From IMG/VR virus record IMGVR_UViG_3300025288_000057, positions 1-34,399 of that record: DNA of 34,399 nt. One strand, written 5' to 3'. Below, in pieces: positions 17,139 to 26,883 of the stretch. Each line of letters opens with the position of its first letter. Position 1 is the first letter of the stretch. The notes beneath the pieces are model-generated. The model did not search any database, had not been told where the DNA came from, and worked only from the letters and a program-made list of their open reading frames with translations. The stretch is from a virus (lineage: Duplodnaviria > Caudoviricetes). Both the position numbers and the translations under genes were made by a program.

Positions 17139-17597
17139 ATGTTAGAATCAAAAAATTATGTAGTAAAAGTGTTAGGACCAAGTTCTATAAACTTAGTAAA
17201 TCGTTCATTAAACCTTAGTGTATCCCTAAAAGCACGTTCACAAAGAGTGTTACTCTTAACTGCTGCTCAAGCTAACTACATAAAAACAGTACTACGAGGA
17301 CAGGGATTAGTAGACGAATTTACGGAATCTGTTGCTGCGCCAATAAAGACTGTAGAAGCCGAAGTTATTCCAGTAGCGGAAGCCATCCCTGTTACGGTTG
17401 ATGTGGTTCCGGCAGTGGAAATTCCAGTAACAGGGGAAACTGTTGTCGAAGCCCCTATTTCAGAAATACAAAAAACAGTAACTATGAAAGCCTTAGAGGC
17501 TATAGTTTACATTAAAACCTTAATAACCCCTGAGGAAAAAGCCGAAGCTCTAGCAGGCGAGACTAGAGTAACAATAATAGAAGCATCTAAAGAATAA
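17139..17597 (+). CDS. Head-associated protein with V/P/A/E-rich linker
   Basis: Follows the capsid gene; repetitive AEVIPVAEAIPVTVDVVPAVEIPV linker and small helical C-terminal domain. Confidence 0.65.
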   Translation: MLESKNYVVKVLGPSSINLVNRSLNLSVSLKARSQRVLLLTAAQANYIKTVLRGQGLVDEFTESVAAPIKTVEAEVIPVAEAIPVTVDVVPAVEIPVTGETVVEAPISEIQKTVTMKALEAIVYIKTLITPEEKAEALAGETRVTIIEASKE

Positions 17598-17605
17598 ATC
17601 TCAAG

Positions 17606-18532
17606 ATGAGTATACCACGAGAATTTCAAACTTCTAACGCTGGGAGTCGAAAGAAAACCCTATTAGAAATATCTAACGACATTATGAGTCACCTAGGATA
17701 TCCTCAACAATGCGTAGGTGAAATTTCTCCAGATAACGTAAGTAACTTTATATTAGATTCTTTAAGTCTAGTTTCTCAATACAAGCCTAGAGTAATTATG
17801 CGCACGGTTTCAGTATCTGGCAGATCTGGTCAGGTTGTTGCTACTGGGAAATTCTACGGGTCTGAGTGGAAAACTGGAGACCCTGAACCTGCCCCGGAAG
17901 TCAGGGGGGATGTTATATCTTACATAGGGATATCTCCTGCTTCGGGTGTTCACGGAAGTACAACTTTATTGGGGGGCGGGATTCTCTTAGATGAATTCTC
18001 CTTTGGGCAGCAGGGCATGGGAATCCGTTCAGAAAGTCAAGGAGGAGCTTCTCTGCAATTAAATTCAACTATAGACAGATTTCTAGACTTTCAATTTGCT
18101 TACCAGAATGTTCAAGGAATGCTATCTAATCAAGGCAGAAAATTTGACTGGCAGCAAGATTATAATACTTCTGCTATAGCATATTTTTCCAATTTGCCGT
18201 CACACGTGGGTGCTCTTACATTAACCTTAGGCTTAGAGCATACATTGGGTAATAAGTATTATCTTCCTTCCGCTAGCACAGAAGTAGGGACTCCTGTAGA
18301 TTCCTTTGATGAAACTATTTCTGGCAGTATCCTACACTTAACCCAAAGTTTAGCCTTATCCAAGGCTATGAAGAAAATAGGTTTAGTTAGAAATAAATTA
18401 AAGGGCGGTATGGGTCAATTTGAACTAGACGGAGATACAATGATACAGGAGGCTAATGTGATAGAGGAAAGAATCTTAGAGGATTTAAAATCTGGTAGTG
18501 ACCTTTGGGGAAGTTACAATGATAATTTTTAA
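17606..18532 (+). CDS. Neck/head-tail adaptor (T4 gp13-like)
   Basis: IMSHLGYPQQCVGEIS at the N-terminus and IGLVRNKL...FELDGDTMIQEA at the C-terminus are gp13-like; gene order fits. Confidence 0.8.
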   Translation: MSIPREFQTSNAGSRKKTLLEISNDIMSHLGYPQQCVGEISPDNVSNFILDSLSLVSQYKPRVIMRTVSVSGRSGQVVATGKFYGSEWKTGDPEPAPEVRGDVISYIGISPASGVHGSTTLLGGGILLDEFSFGQQGMGIRSESQGGASLQLNSTIDRFLDFQFAYQNVQGMLSNQGRKFDWQQDYNTSAIAYFSNLPSHVGALTLTLGLEHTLGNKYYLPSASTEVGTPVDSFDETISGSILHLTQSLALSKAMKKIGLVRNKLKGGMGQFELDGDTMIQEANVIEERILEDLKSGSDLWGSYNDNF

Positions 18533-18534
18533 AC

Positions 18535-19029
18535 ATGGGATGTAATACTTATATAGCACCTGTTGTTATACCTCCAATTCCAGGGTATGACGTAAATTGT
18601 GGAAACTTGGATTTTACTCCCTGCACTGTTGAACAGGAGTTAATAACGAAATACCTGTTAGAGGCTTACAGCAGGCTTCCAAAGGTACTATACAGAGTTT
18701 GGAATAGGGAAAATACTGATGACAGATGGGGCAGTCCAGATACTAAGGCGTACCTGCCTGCCATTTACCTAAATTCAGAATTTGAATGGGATAAGCACAC
18801 TAAGGAACATTCGCATGGAACTTGGATTAGAACTTCCAAGATAGACATGAAGTTTCTAGAGGCTCAGTTGAAGAAATTCCAGTTAATCCCTAAAGAGGGA
18901 GACACGGTGTATGTAATTGATAGATGGCTAGAAGTACTATCTGTAAACAAGAGCGATCTACTTCCGGGAACAAGCACCAAATTTTTGAAATACGTGTTAA
19001 CTGTCGACACTAAACAGACAGCAGAATAA
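18535..19029 (+). CDS. Head closure protein (T4 gp14-like)
   Basis: DDRWG and PKEGDTVY..RWLEVLSV motifs; position after the adaptor. Confidence 0.65.
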   Translation: MGCNTYIAPVVIPPIPGYDVNCGNLDFTPCTVEQELITKYLLEAYSRLPKVLYRVWNRENTDDRWGSPDTKAYLPAIYLNSEFEWDKHTKEHSHGTWIRTSKIDMKFLEAQLKKFQLIPKEGDTVYVIDRWLEVLSVNKSDLLPGTSTKFLKYVLTVDTKQTAE

Positions 19030-19031
19030 TC

Positions 19032-19045
19032 CTTTTATTTTAAAC
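19032..19045 (+). promoter_or_regulatory. Putative late-promoter motif CTTTTATTTTAAAC
   Basis: Intergenic; begins 58 nt before ATG 19090. Confidence 0.6.
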
Positions 19046-19089
19046 TTACAAAAGTGAAAAATTTGTGAGGGAAGATCTGTTGAAATAAT

Positions 19090-19611
19090 ATGCTGTTAAT
19101 TAGATTCCCTAAGAATGTTAAAAATAAACTGGCAGCCCTGAATACTATTCATGAAGACAACAAGGTCTTTGTGGATATAATGAAGGAAGCTATAGCTAGG
19201 GAATACAAAAAGCAATTATTGCGCCACATAGAAAATCAAGACCTGAATTGGAGATCTCTTAATCCTCAATACAAAGAGTGGAAGATAAAGAATGGGCTAT
19301 CCGAAAAAATTTGGAAAGCTACTTCTCTATTAAAGGATAGCATACAGGTAATAAAGAACGACGATGGTAGTTGGTTTGTAGGCATATCCGGAGATATAAA
19401 GTATCCAGATGGTACTTCTGTGTCGCTGGTAGCAATGGTTCACGAATACGGTTCTCCGTCACGAGGAATACCTGCTAGACCTTTGTTTAGGCCAACTAGA
19501 CAAAAAATGCTCAGGAACATAGGTAAATTTGTAGCTACAGAAAATTCAAAATATATGAAATTTTTAGTAAGGAAGATAAATAACAGAAGTAGACATGAAA
19601 AGAGTGCATAG
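19090..19611 (+). CDS. Virion morphogenesis/tail completion protein (Mu gpG/HK97 gp10-like)
   Basis: WRSLNPQY, AMVHEYGS..GIPARPLFRP motifs. Confidence 0.8.
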   Translation: MLLIRFPKNVKNKLAALNTIHEDNKVFVDIMKEAIAREYKKQLLRHIENQDLNWRSLNPQYKEWKIKNGLSEKIWKATSLLKDSIQVIKNDDGSWFVGISGDIKYPDGTSVSLVAMVHEYGSPSRGIPARPLFRPTRQKMLRNIGKFVATENSKYMKFLVRKINNRSRHEKSA

Positions 19612-19903
19612 CAAGTCTGTGAAAGAATCAGACATAGTATTCCCCAGTAATTCCACACGGATAGAAGCAGGGATGTTCTTTAGTAATAAGAGAGGAATAA
19701 ACGTATTCATAAAAGACGTAGAAAACAACTTAGTCGCTTTTGACGAAGAAGGAACTGAGAGGATACTCACTATTCCTTTAGCAGTAGAGTACTTTAAACA
19801 AGAAGGATATACCCCTACCAAGCGCACTCCTCAGGAGAAGTCTATAAAAGAGACTGTAGAGACTAATTCTATAAAAACAGCAATATCAAATTTATTACAG
19901 TAG
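19595..19903 (+). CDS. Hypothetical protein, possibly internal head protein
   Basis: 102 aa; VKES near the N-terminus and a weak IKETVETNSIKTAI module at the C-terminus. Confidence 0.6.
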   Translation: MKRVHSKSVKESDIVFPSNSTRIEAGMFFSNKRGINVFIKDVENNLVAFDEEGTERILTIPLAVEYFKQEGYTPTKRTPQEKSIKETVETNSIKTAISNLLQ

Positions 19904-19909
19904 TAAGGC

Positions 19910-20923
19910 ATGTACTTAAATTATCCAGTAGTACTAAATTCCACTAAAGCCGAAGCTGAGGATATCTCAGTTATGTTAGTTTTAGGGGAATTCTACGTTA
20001 TACAGGATAAAAGCTTAGAAGATTTCTGTTTTAAGGTTACCACTAAGGTATCTCAATCTGAGATAGGGATAGAATGGCAACAATTGGACGGAATTGGCAA
20101 ACTTCTAGAGCCAGCAACACTTCCACTTACCGTGTCTGTTTTATCCAGAGGATTCTCTTCTCTGGATACTTCAGTATACAAACTTAACTACCTGAGAAGA
20201 GGATACTTTGATATAGACGAGATAGTATTTGATATTTTCTTTAAAAAGATAACTAAGTGGATCTGGACTTCAGGGTCTCATTCGGGGCAGCCTGTGGAAG
20301 ATCTAACTAAATTAGTGGATTTCTTCTTTTTTAATAAAAGACCTATAACTAGACAACCATATGCTGAAAGGACGTTAGGAGCTACGGACAATGTGGATTC
20401 GTCATGGCAGACCAGCAAAGACCGTAGCAACCCTGCGTCTATAAAAACTATGCCCTACTTGGTATTTCAGCCCTTAGATGTTACTCCTACTCCCGAAGAA
20501 CTTCATAGAGTAGAAGAATTTTACAGGTACATGAATTCTGTACCACAAGCTCAATTAGATTTGTATTATGAAGGCATAGAAGTATACCAACCCCCACAAT
20601 TGTATGAGTTTAGTTATCAGGTGACAGCGGTAACAGACAATTGGAGAGATTGCAGGGTACTTCAATCTCACTTGATCAATGGAGTTATTCCCACAGATTG
20701 TGGAGAAAGGTATATTGTATTTCCCTCTGGGATTTCTCATACGGTAACGATAGAACCGTCACAGGTCGTTGGAGTAGAGGATTCAGGAGTATTTGAAACA
20801 ACTGTAACTTATGTATTTAAATTACCATTAATAGACAGATATCCTGAATTAACTTATTCGTGGGTAACTGGTGTAGTAGGCGTAGATAGTCTGTCCCCTG
20901 TATTATTTTCAGGGATGCCCTAA
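19910..20923 (+). CDS. Putative tail terminator/sheath stabiliser (T4 gp15-like)
   Basis: MPYLVF...PPQLYEFSYQVTAVT pattern; immediately upstream of the sheath. Confidence 0.6.
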   Translation: MYLNYPVVLNSTKAEAEDISVMLVLGEFYVIQDKSLEDFCFKVTTKVSQSEIGIEWQQLDGIGKLLEPATLPLTVSVLSRGFSSLDTSVYKLNYLRRGYFDIDEIVFDIFFKKITKWIWTSGSHSGQPVEDLTKLVDFFFFNKRPITRQPYAERTLGATDNVDSSWQTSKDRSNPASIKTMPYLVFQPLDVTPTPEELHRVEEFYRYMNSVPQAQLDLYYEGIEVYQPPQLYEFSYQVTAVTDNWRDCRVLQSHLINGVIPTDCGERYIVFPSGISHTVTIEPSQVVGVEDSGVFETTVTYVFKLPLIDRYPELTYSWVTGVVGVDSLSPVLFSGMP

Positions 20924-20947
20924 ACTAAAATGTACAACAAAAATTAA

Positions 20948-20961
20948 CTTTTATTTAAAAG
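20948..20961 (+). promoter_or_regulatory. Putative late-promoter motif CTTTTATTTAAAAG
   Basis: Begins 40 nt before the sheath ATG. Confidence 0.6.
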
Positions 20962-20987
20962 GATAAAAACCTAAACAAGAAACAACA

Positions 20988-22907
20988 ATGAATATCGGAA
21001 CTAACATTTCAGAAAGAGAGGCTCAAGGGTCTTCAATAATCTCCTCAGCCCCTTTATATAATATAGGCATTTTTGGGAAATCTCCTAAAGGAGTTACAGG
21101 TAAAGCAGTATTAGTAACTTCTCTAGATTCTTTTACTACGGCATTTGGTGGGGCGGATGCAAATTATTATTCCTACTATATGTTAAAGGGTTTATTTAAT
21201 AACGTGGGGGTTACTCTAAAGCCGAATGTTTATTTTGTTAGGGAGTATGACACTGCAAATCCAGGAGTATCTTCTTCGTTAACTATCGGATCTGGGTTAG
21301 ACTATTTCAAGATATCTGCTGGATACTTCGGGGCAAATTCTCCAGGAATATGGGGGGACAACATTAGGCTACAATTTGTTGCGGGATCTTCTGTTTCTTC
21401 CTTTTACTTGAATATTTATGAGCTAAGACTCGGTATTCTTTATTTAGTGGAAAGCACTTCTGAGTTTGAAGTGTCTGAAATGGAAAGTGTTATAAACACT
21501 TACTCTAAATGGATTAAGTGTGAAGCCTTTGGGGACATTTCCGCAATAACTATAACTTCAGATGTTCCTAACTATAAAGTATGGACTGCTGCTCCCCTAT
21601 TTTCTCCGTATACGGCGGTATTAGACGGGATTACAGGAGAAATAACGTCTCTAACTGGCTATGCTACTCTAATCTTAGAATTAACTGTAGGTGCAACAGT
21701 GGTTTCGGTGTCTATGACTGAGTCTGATTTACTAGCTCTAGTGGACCCCTCTGATTTAGTAGATGTATCAGGGGTATTGAAATTACCAGTTTCGGTGGTA
21801 AGCCAAAAATTTATTTCTTACATTAACGCTTCTGCCACAGTAGCCAATCCAGTAACTGCAGAATATATTTCTTTTACAGGACTTATTTCTATCACTACTC
21901 TATCACCAGGCGTGTCCCTAAATTCAGTAGTTAATCCTTTGGGAACTTCATTCACGATAGTAGACACAACCAGCGGTATAACTTTATCTACAGGTTACCA
22001 ATCTCTTACGGGGGGAAGTAACCCAGGGGAACCAAATACATCTCAGGTTATGTCGGTACACGCTAAATTCTTAGAAGGAAAGAATTTGCAATATGCGATG
22101 TCCTGCGATAGATTTGACTTAGGATGGGCTCAAGCCTTAGAATCTTGGAGTGAATCTCAAAGTTTACTAGGTATCTTTCAGGCAGATAAGACAGAAGTTC
22201 CCTCCGGAGATTTTTCTGCCTATGCAACCTTATTAAAACCAAGCAGTTTCCTAGCAGGGTATTTCAATTGGGGATATGTAGATAAAGAATCTACTTCCGG
22301 AGAGATACTAGTTCCCACAATAGCTAGCATATTTGGAGCTTACTATGTAAAAAGAAAGGTAAATTTTGGGGGGTATTCTCATATAGCTCCAGGAGGAGTT
22401 GACGTCAGTGTTCAAGGCTTTAAAAGACTACAGTGGGGAGATGATTTAACTCCCAATTTGGTAACTATAATAGCTAGAACATTTGGATTTAATACCTTAA
22501 AATTTTCTCCGGGTTATGGTTTTGTTGTGGAGAGTTCTAGAACAATGTCTACCCGAAGTAAATATTACTCTATTCACATTAGGGTAGCAAAGAATTTCAT
22601 TATTCAGTCTATGAAAACACAGATGAAATTATTTCAACAACGTCCCAATTCTCCTATAGTAAGATCTTCATTAGCTTCTACGGCACGTATCTTCTTAGGT
22701 AAGAGATATTCAGAAGGAATGTTTGAAGTAGAAGGAGGTTTTGAGAATAATATTGGGATACAATGTAACGAGGAAAATAACGATATTTCTATAAGAAAGA
22801 ACAGAAAATTAGCACTAGATATGTCCCTAAATTTTGCGGAAATAGCTGAAGAGGTAAACATCTCAATGGTGCAAGTAGAAACTGGATTAAAAATAACAGA
22901 AGCTTAA
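20988..22907 (+). CDS. Contractile tail sheath protein
   Basis: GIFGKSPKG..AVLVTS..F...FG, SPGIWGDNI, HIAPGG, SRTM, IHIR, FQQRPNS, IQCNEENN, AEEV sheath motifs. Confidence 0.92.
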   Translation: MNIGTNISEREAQGSSIISSAPLYNIGIFGKSPKGVTGKAVLVTSLDSFTTAFGGADANYYSYYMLKGLFNNVGVTLKPNVYFVREYDTANPGVSSSLTIGSGLDYFKISAGYFGANSPGIWGDNIRLQFVAGSSVSSFYLNIYELRLGILYLVESTSEFEVSEMESVINTYSKWIKCEAFGDISAITITSDVPNYKVWTAAPLFSPYTAVLDGITGEITSLTGYATLILELTVGATVVSVSMTESDLLALVDPSDLVDVSGVLKLPVSVVSQKFISYINASATVANPVTAEYISFTGLISITTLSPGVSLNSVVNPLGTSFTIVDTTSGITLSTGYQSLTGGSNPGEPNTSQVMSVHAKFLEGKNLQYAMSCDRFDLGWAQALESWSESQSLLGIFQADKTEVPSGDFSAYATLLKPSSFLAGYFNWGYVDKESTSGEILVPTIASIFGAYYVKRKVNFGGYSHIAPGGVDVSVQGFKRLQWGDDLTPNLVTIIARTFGFNTLKFSPGYGFVVESSRTMSTRSKYYSIHIRVAKNFIIQSMKTQMKLFQQRPNSPIVRSSLASTARIFLGKRYSEGMFEVEGGFENNIGIQCNEENNDISIRKNRKLALDMSLNFAEIAEEVNISMVQVETGLKITEA

Positions 22908-22919
22908 TAATTAACGCTT

Positions 22920-23201
22920 ATGAAAAATATTAGAAATTTTAGTAAAGAAATCAAAGCCCTAGTAGAATCTAAGAAATCTGCTCAAAGAATTATAACTGAA
23001 ATGACAGATTCTGAAGGGATCGGAGGGGAAGAAGATCAAATAACCAAATTTGCCAGATTAGAAACTGATAAGTGTGAAGATCCCATTGAGGAAGAATACA
23101 CCGAAGAAGAATATCAAGCTTTACAAGAAGATGATGAGGACTTTGATGAAGACGACTTCGAATTAGATGAAGCTAGTAAAAAGTACAAGAGGAAGAAATA
23201 A
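22920..23201 (+). CDS. Acidic prohead-core-like protein (T4 gp67-like composition) with LVES module
   Basis: IKALVESKKSAQRIITE N-terminus, D/E-rich tract, basic C-terminal tip. Confidence 0.6.
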   Translation: MKNIRNFSKEIKALVESKKSAQRIITEMTDSEGIGGEEDQITKFARLETDKCEDPIEEEYTEEEYQALQEDDEDFDEDDFELDEASKKYKRKK

Positions 23202-23211
23202 ATAGGTTGTA

Positions 23212-23679
23212 ATGTCAAGAATAAAATCATTAGTAGAATCCACTAAGTCTGTCAGAGAAATCCGTCAGACTTTGCTAGAGGCAGCTATAAAACCTAATCA
23301 GATGTATAGTCTACACCTGGATAGAATTAAAGTAAAATCTAAAGGAAATGGAGATAATTGGAATGTCACTAAGTGGGGACCAAATACTCCCTCTAAGGAT
23401 ATGGAATTATCTTCTAAAGAAATATTAGCTATGAGATTACTTAATGAAAGTAGTAACGAACTCCCATTTTCGATGGACAGTTTCTTACAAGATATAGCTC
23501 AACAGACTGAAGTTATAACTTATGGAGACATCTATAATTTCGAAGTAACTCCTCCGAATCTTAGTAAGTTGAAATCCCTTAGGGCAAAGATAGAACGTAC
23601 TGTAAATACTACAGGCGAATTTGATTCAAGAGAGTTAAAGGAGTTATCCAAATTTTTAAAAAGTAATAAATTAAAATAA
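23212..23679 (+). CDS. Putative internal head protein with LVES leader
   Basis: MSRIKSLVESTKSVREIRQTLLEA; internal LLNES. Confidence 0.6.
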   Translation: MSRIKSLVESTKSVREIRQTLLEAAIKPNQMYSLHLDRIKVKSKGNGDNWNVTKWGPNTPSKDMELSSKEILAMRLLNESSNELPFSMDSFLQDIAQQTEVITYGDIYNFEVTPPNLSKLKSLRAKIERTVNTTGEFDSRELKELSKFLKSNKLK

Positions 23680-23686
23680 AAATATT

Positions 23687-24151
23687 ATGAGTATTAAGCC
23701 TCAAGTTGTAGAGAGTAATTCGGATTTGTTAACTGCTAACATGTGCACATTTTCGTTTGTAAATATAAAACTAGAATCTCCCAATTTTAATAGAATTGAA
23801 GGTCTTACCCGAACAGTAGAAACTGTGGAACAGGTTGACGGGGGATCCGGACTAAAGAGAAAATACCACGGCGGAATAGTAAGCTACGAAGATATTACTG
23901 TAGTACGTGTCAGAGACAACTCTGTAAATGACAAGTTACTTAGTGATTTTGTTACTTCTTACATAGAAACTGGTAAAAAGGAAGATGCCGTAATGCATAA
24001 AAGACACCACGGCAGGATAATTAGAACAGTGGAATTTATAGGACTAAATGGTTCTAGCGAACAACTTCCCAGCTACGATAATACCTCTGCTGCAGGGGAA
24101 GAAGTAACCTACCCTATGCAGGTGGACTGGTGGGAAGAAATTTGGTCTTAA
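23687..24151 (+). CDS. Tail tube protein (T4 gp19-like)
   Basis: FNRIEGL, KRKYHGGIVSYEDITVVR, LPSYD...EEVTY; 154 aa, downstream of the sheath. Confidence 0.85.
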   Translation: MSIKPQVVESNSDLLTANMCTFSFVNIKLESPNFNRIEGLTRTVETVEQVDGGSGLKRKYHGGIVSYEDITVVRVRDNSVNDKLLSDFVTSYIETGKKEDAVMHKRHHGRIIRTVEFIGLNGSSEQLPSYDNTSAAGEEVTYPMQVDWWEEIWS

Positions 24152-24165
24152 GCACTTAGTTATTC

Positions 24166-25092
24166 ATGAATTATGATATTGAATTTTCATCTGCCTCTAC
24201 TTCTTATTTTATTTCTAAAAATACTATAGATGCAGCCCTAAATTCCCTAAAGAAAAAGGATAAAACAACACGAGAGAGGCTTACACGAGGTACGGGTAAG
24301 CCTATTTTAGTTTATATAGAGACAGGCTTAAACACGACAGAGGTAAACTCAGAATTAACTAAGTTTATTACTAGGAATAAATACGACTTCTTAAAATTTA
24401 TAGTTAGTCCTAAATCTAGAACACCGAAGCCTGATACTACTGTGGGAGATACTAAAGATGCCATGCTAAAGGGCAGGATTATATTTGTGCCTGTTCAGGG
24501 GTTAGGATTAAAGAAGATAACAAGACTAAAACACTTATTCACAGATATGGATTACCAATTGGGAAAAGAAGGATTTGGGATAAGGGTAAGAGATACTTCA
24601 GAATTGCAGAAACTACGTGATTTGGAATCTAAATTCCCTGTAGGTGCAAAGCTACACGAAACTTATAAAAGTCCCTTAGAAATCCTTATAGAGTCTGATA
24701 CAACTGAAAGGGAGGTTGTTAGTCTATTAGTTAGCAATTCAGGTACTTTGGGAGATCAGGATTACATAAATCAACTCGCTATTGACCTAGCAACAGGTTC
24801 ACAGGGAGATGTAGTATTAGATGATAAGGGAGTCTGGGTATATACTGATTCGAAAGAGCACGCCAAACGAATTATTCAAGATATTTTGTATAGTTCTAAA
24901 TTTCCTTATTACGACGAGGAGTTATTAAAAATAACTCCCAAGTATGCAAATAGATTAGACTTTATACAAGAGGAAAGTTCTTTTAAGATAAAGGTAGAAA
25001 ATTTTGTGAGCCCTGAAAATGCAAAAAAATATTCCAACAACATGGTTAATAGACACTTTTATTTTAAAAACGAATACCTTAAATATTTCTAA
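24166..25092 (+). CDS. Hypothetical protein with internal LIES module
   Basis: 308 aa; KLHETYKSPLEILIESDTTEREVV separates two apparent domains. Confidence 0.65.
   Translation: MNYDIEFSSASTSYFISKNTIDAALNSLKKKDKTTRERLTRGTGKPILVYIETGLNTTEVNSELTKFITRNKYDFLKFIVSPKSRTPKPDTTVGDTKDAMLKGRIIFVPVQGLGLKKITRLKHLFTDMDYQLGKEGFGIRVRDTSELQKLRDLESKFPVGAKLHETYKSPLEILIESDTTEREVVSLLVSNSGTLGDQDYINQLAIDLATGSQGDVVLDDKGVWVYTDSKEHAKRIIQDILYSSKFPYYDEELLKITPKYANRLDFIQEESSFKIKVENFVSPENAKKYSNNMVNRHFYFKNEYLKYF
25056..25071 (+). promoter_or_regulatory. Putative late-promoter motif inside the 3' end of the upstream CDS
   Basis: CTTTTATTTTAAAAAC begins 39 nt before ATG 25095. Confidence 0.55.
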
Positions 25093-25094
25093 AG

Positions 25095-25586
25095 ATGGGA
25101 TTTAAAAAAGAATACGAGAGCAACAGAATACGGAGATTTAATTACGATTTAAGATTGTACGTAAATGAGGTAAGAGAGTATAAAAGACCTAACCTACCCG
25201 ATGGACCAGATTTTGTGGCAGTATTATTTCATCATAGTGCTATGGACAACGACGAATGGTTAGTTAGATCTTTCTCTGTAAAAGATAATGTTTTTACATT
25301 TGTAACTGGACCAGGGCATGCTTCTGGACGAAATTTATACCAAGACGAATCTGAAGCTGAGAAAGAATTCAAACGCTTCGGGGGTAAGGTGTTAAAAGAA
25401 ACCCGGAATAAGTATTCTGAAAAATTCAGATCTATGATAGAATCTGTAGATCCAAGGGATGTAATTAAAATAATTACAGAAGCCTCAGAATCTTCAGATT
25501 ATTCAAAGTTTGAGCCTAACTTAAAACAAATGTCAATATCGGGGAAAAGTTTTTTAGGCACTAAAAACTTGATAAAAAATAGGTAA
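25095..25586 (+). CDS. Putative internal head protein with C-proximal MIES module
   Basis: VLKET...FRSMIESVDPRDVIKIITEASES. Confidence 0.6.
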   Translation: MGFKKEYESNRIRRFNYDLRLYVNEVREYKRPNLPDGPDFVAVLFHHSAMDNDEWLVRSFSVKDNVFTFVTGPGHASGRNLYQDESEAEKEFKRFGGKVLKETRNKYSEKFRSMIESVDPRDVIKIITEASESSDYSKFEPNLKQMSISGKSFLGTKNLIKNR

Positions 25587-25599
25587 AATACAAATAAAT

Positions 25600-26001
25600 A
25601 TGAAAAATATTAAAAGACTGATAGAATCAGAATCCTCTTGCGACGAAATAATGCAAGAAGTATCAGGTAATAAGGAAGCCTACGACAAATTCTTTCAAGA
25701 AAAACTAGATAAATTTGGAGTTAAATCTCCCGCAGATTTGTCAGATGACGATAAATCTAAATTCTTTAAGGAAATAAAATACGAATGGGAATCTGTTAGT
25801 GAGTCAAAGCTAACTGACAACTTAATTACTAAGTTGTATAACGATAGTGAACGTATTCTTAAGACATCTCCCCTTTCGGTACTTAGTAAGAGTGCAGACG
25901 AAATTGAAGACTCAGAATTTGATTTTTTAAAATTAGCTATAGAAAACTTCGAGGAATTAACTAATCAACTAAAGAAGCTTCAGCATAAAATAAATAAATA
26001 A
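25600..26001 (+). CDS. Putative internal head protein with LIES leader
   Basis: MKNIKRLIESESSCDEIMQEV followed by a small helical domain AYDKFFQEKLDKFGVKSPADLSDDDKSKFF. Confidence 0.65.
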   Translation: MKNIKRLIESESSCDEIMQEVSGNKEAYDKFFQEKLDKFGVKSPADLSDDDKSKFFKEIKYEWESVSESKLTDNLITKLYNDSERILKTSPLSVLSKSADEIEDSEFDFLKLAIENFEELTNQLKKLQHKINK

Positions 26002-26047
26002 ATAACAAGGGGAGAATTTAGAAACAAATTGCATAAAAACTAAAATT

Positions 26048-26452
26048 ATGAAAGATATACAAAGATTAATAGAGTCTCAAGATGCCCAATCAGTAGTTGA
26101 CTCCATATCTATGGATGAGGCTGAAAATTCCACGGAATCCCGAATTGCTAAGAAGTTGGAAAATGAACTAGGTAGGCTTGTCGATACTTCAAAAATAGGA
26201 AAGTTAGATTTTAAAAAAGCTGATCAAACTGTAAAATTATTCGATAAGTCCTTAAGTCTTAAGGACGCTGGATTGCTGGCTCCCATGTTTAAGGAGATAA
26301 CTGCTTCTGGTATCCTATATTATGGACTAGGAGACAAGGGAGGAGAGATGGTAAAGGTTGTTGTAGAGTTTAAGTACAAGCACAGTGGAGGGGGTTCTAA
26401 TGGATACACAGTTTTGTACCAAACTCGTGACGGAGGCAATACCTGGGAGTAA
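26048..26452 (+). CDS. Putative internal head protein with LIES leader
   Basis: MKDIQRLIESQDAQSVVDSISMDEA; C-terminal FKYKHSGGGSNG. Confidence 0.65.
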   Translation: MKDIQRLIESQDAQSVVDSISMDEAENSTESRIAKKLENELGRLVDTSKIGKLDFKKADQTVKLFDKSLSLKDAGLLAPMFKEITASGILYYGLGDKGGEMVKVVVEFKYKHSGGGSNGYTVLYQTRDGGNTWE

Positions 26453-26478
26453 TTTCCAGGATAATCCTATATATCCGA

Positions 26479-26492
26479 CTTTTATTTTAAAC
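26479..26492 (+). promoter_or_regulatory. Putative late-promoter motif CTTTTATTTTAAAC
   Basis: Begins 32 nt before ATG 26511. Confidence 0.6.
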
Positions 26493-26510
26493 TATAATTA
26501 AATCAAATAT

Positions 26511-26798
26511 ATGAAAAATCACAGAGCTTTAATAGAATCTTCTCAATCTGCAGAAGAGATTTTCAAATCTATCACTGAAGTTACTGCAGCAGGTAATATA
26601 CCTAGGGTAGGAGATCAGGTTAGATTATTGGCTGCCCAGGGGTCTTTCTCTCAGGGAGACACTGTTGAAGTACAGACTTTGGAAGACACTAGTGATGCCC
26701 AGGACTGGAGTTCTTTTAAGATGGGAGTAGAAGGAGGAGAATTATCCTTTGACAGATCTGACATCGACGGAAAATTCCAGATGGTTTATGACTCGTAA
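26511..26798 (+). CDS. Putative internal head protein: LIES leader plus SH3/KOW-like domain
   Basis: MKNHRALIESSQSAEEIFKSITEV then PRVGDQVRL...QGDTVEV. Confidence 0.65.
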   Translation: MKNHRALIESSQSAEEIFKSITEVTAAGNIPRVGDQVRLLAAQGSFSQGDTVEVQTLEDTSDAQDWSSFKMGVEGGELSFDRSDIDGKFQMVYDS

Positions 26799-26835
26799 GG
26801 AATACTTAACACAAACAATAATTTATTTAGCCATC

Positions 26836-26866
26836 AATGCTTCTCCTCTTTTGGTGAAGCATTTTT
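26836..26866 (+). terminator. Intrinsic terminator-like hairpin before the tail chaperone
   Basis: AATGCTTC (26836-26843) / GAAGCATT (26856-26863) stem, followed by a T-run. Confidence 0.55.
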
Positions 26867-26883
26867 AATTAATTTTTATAGCC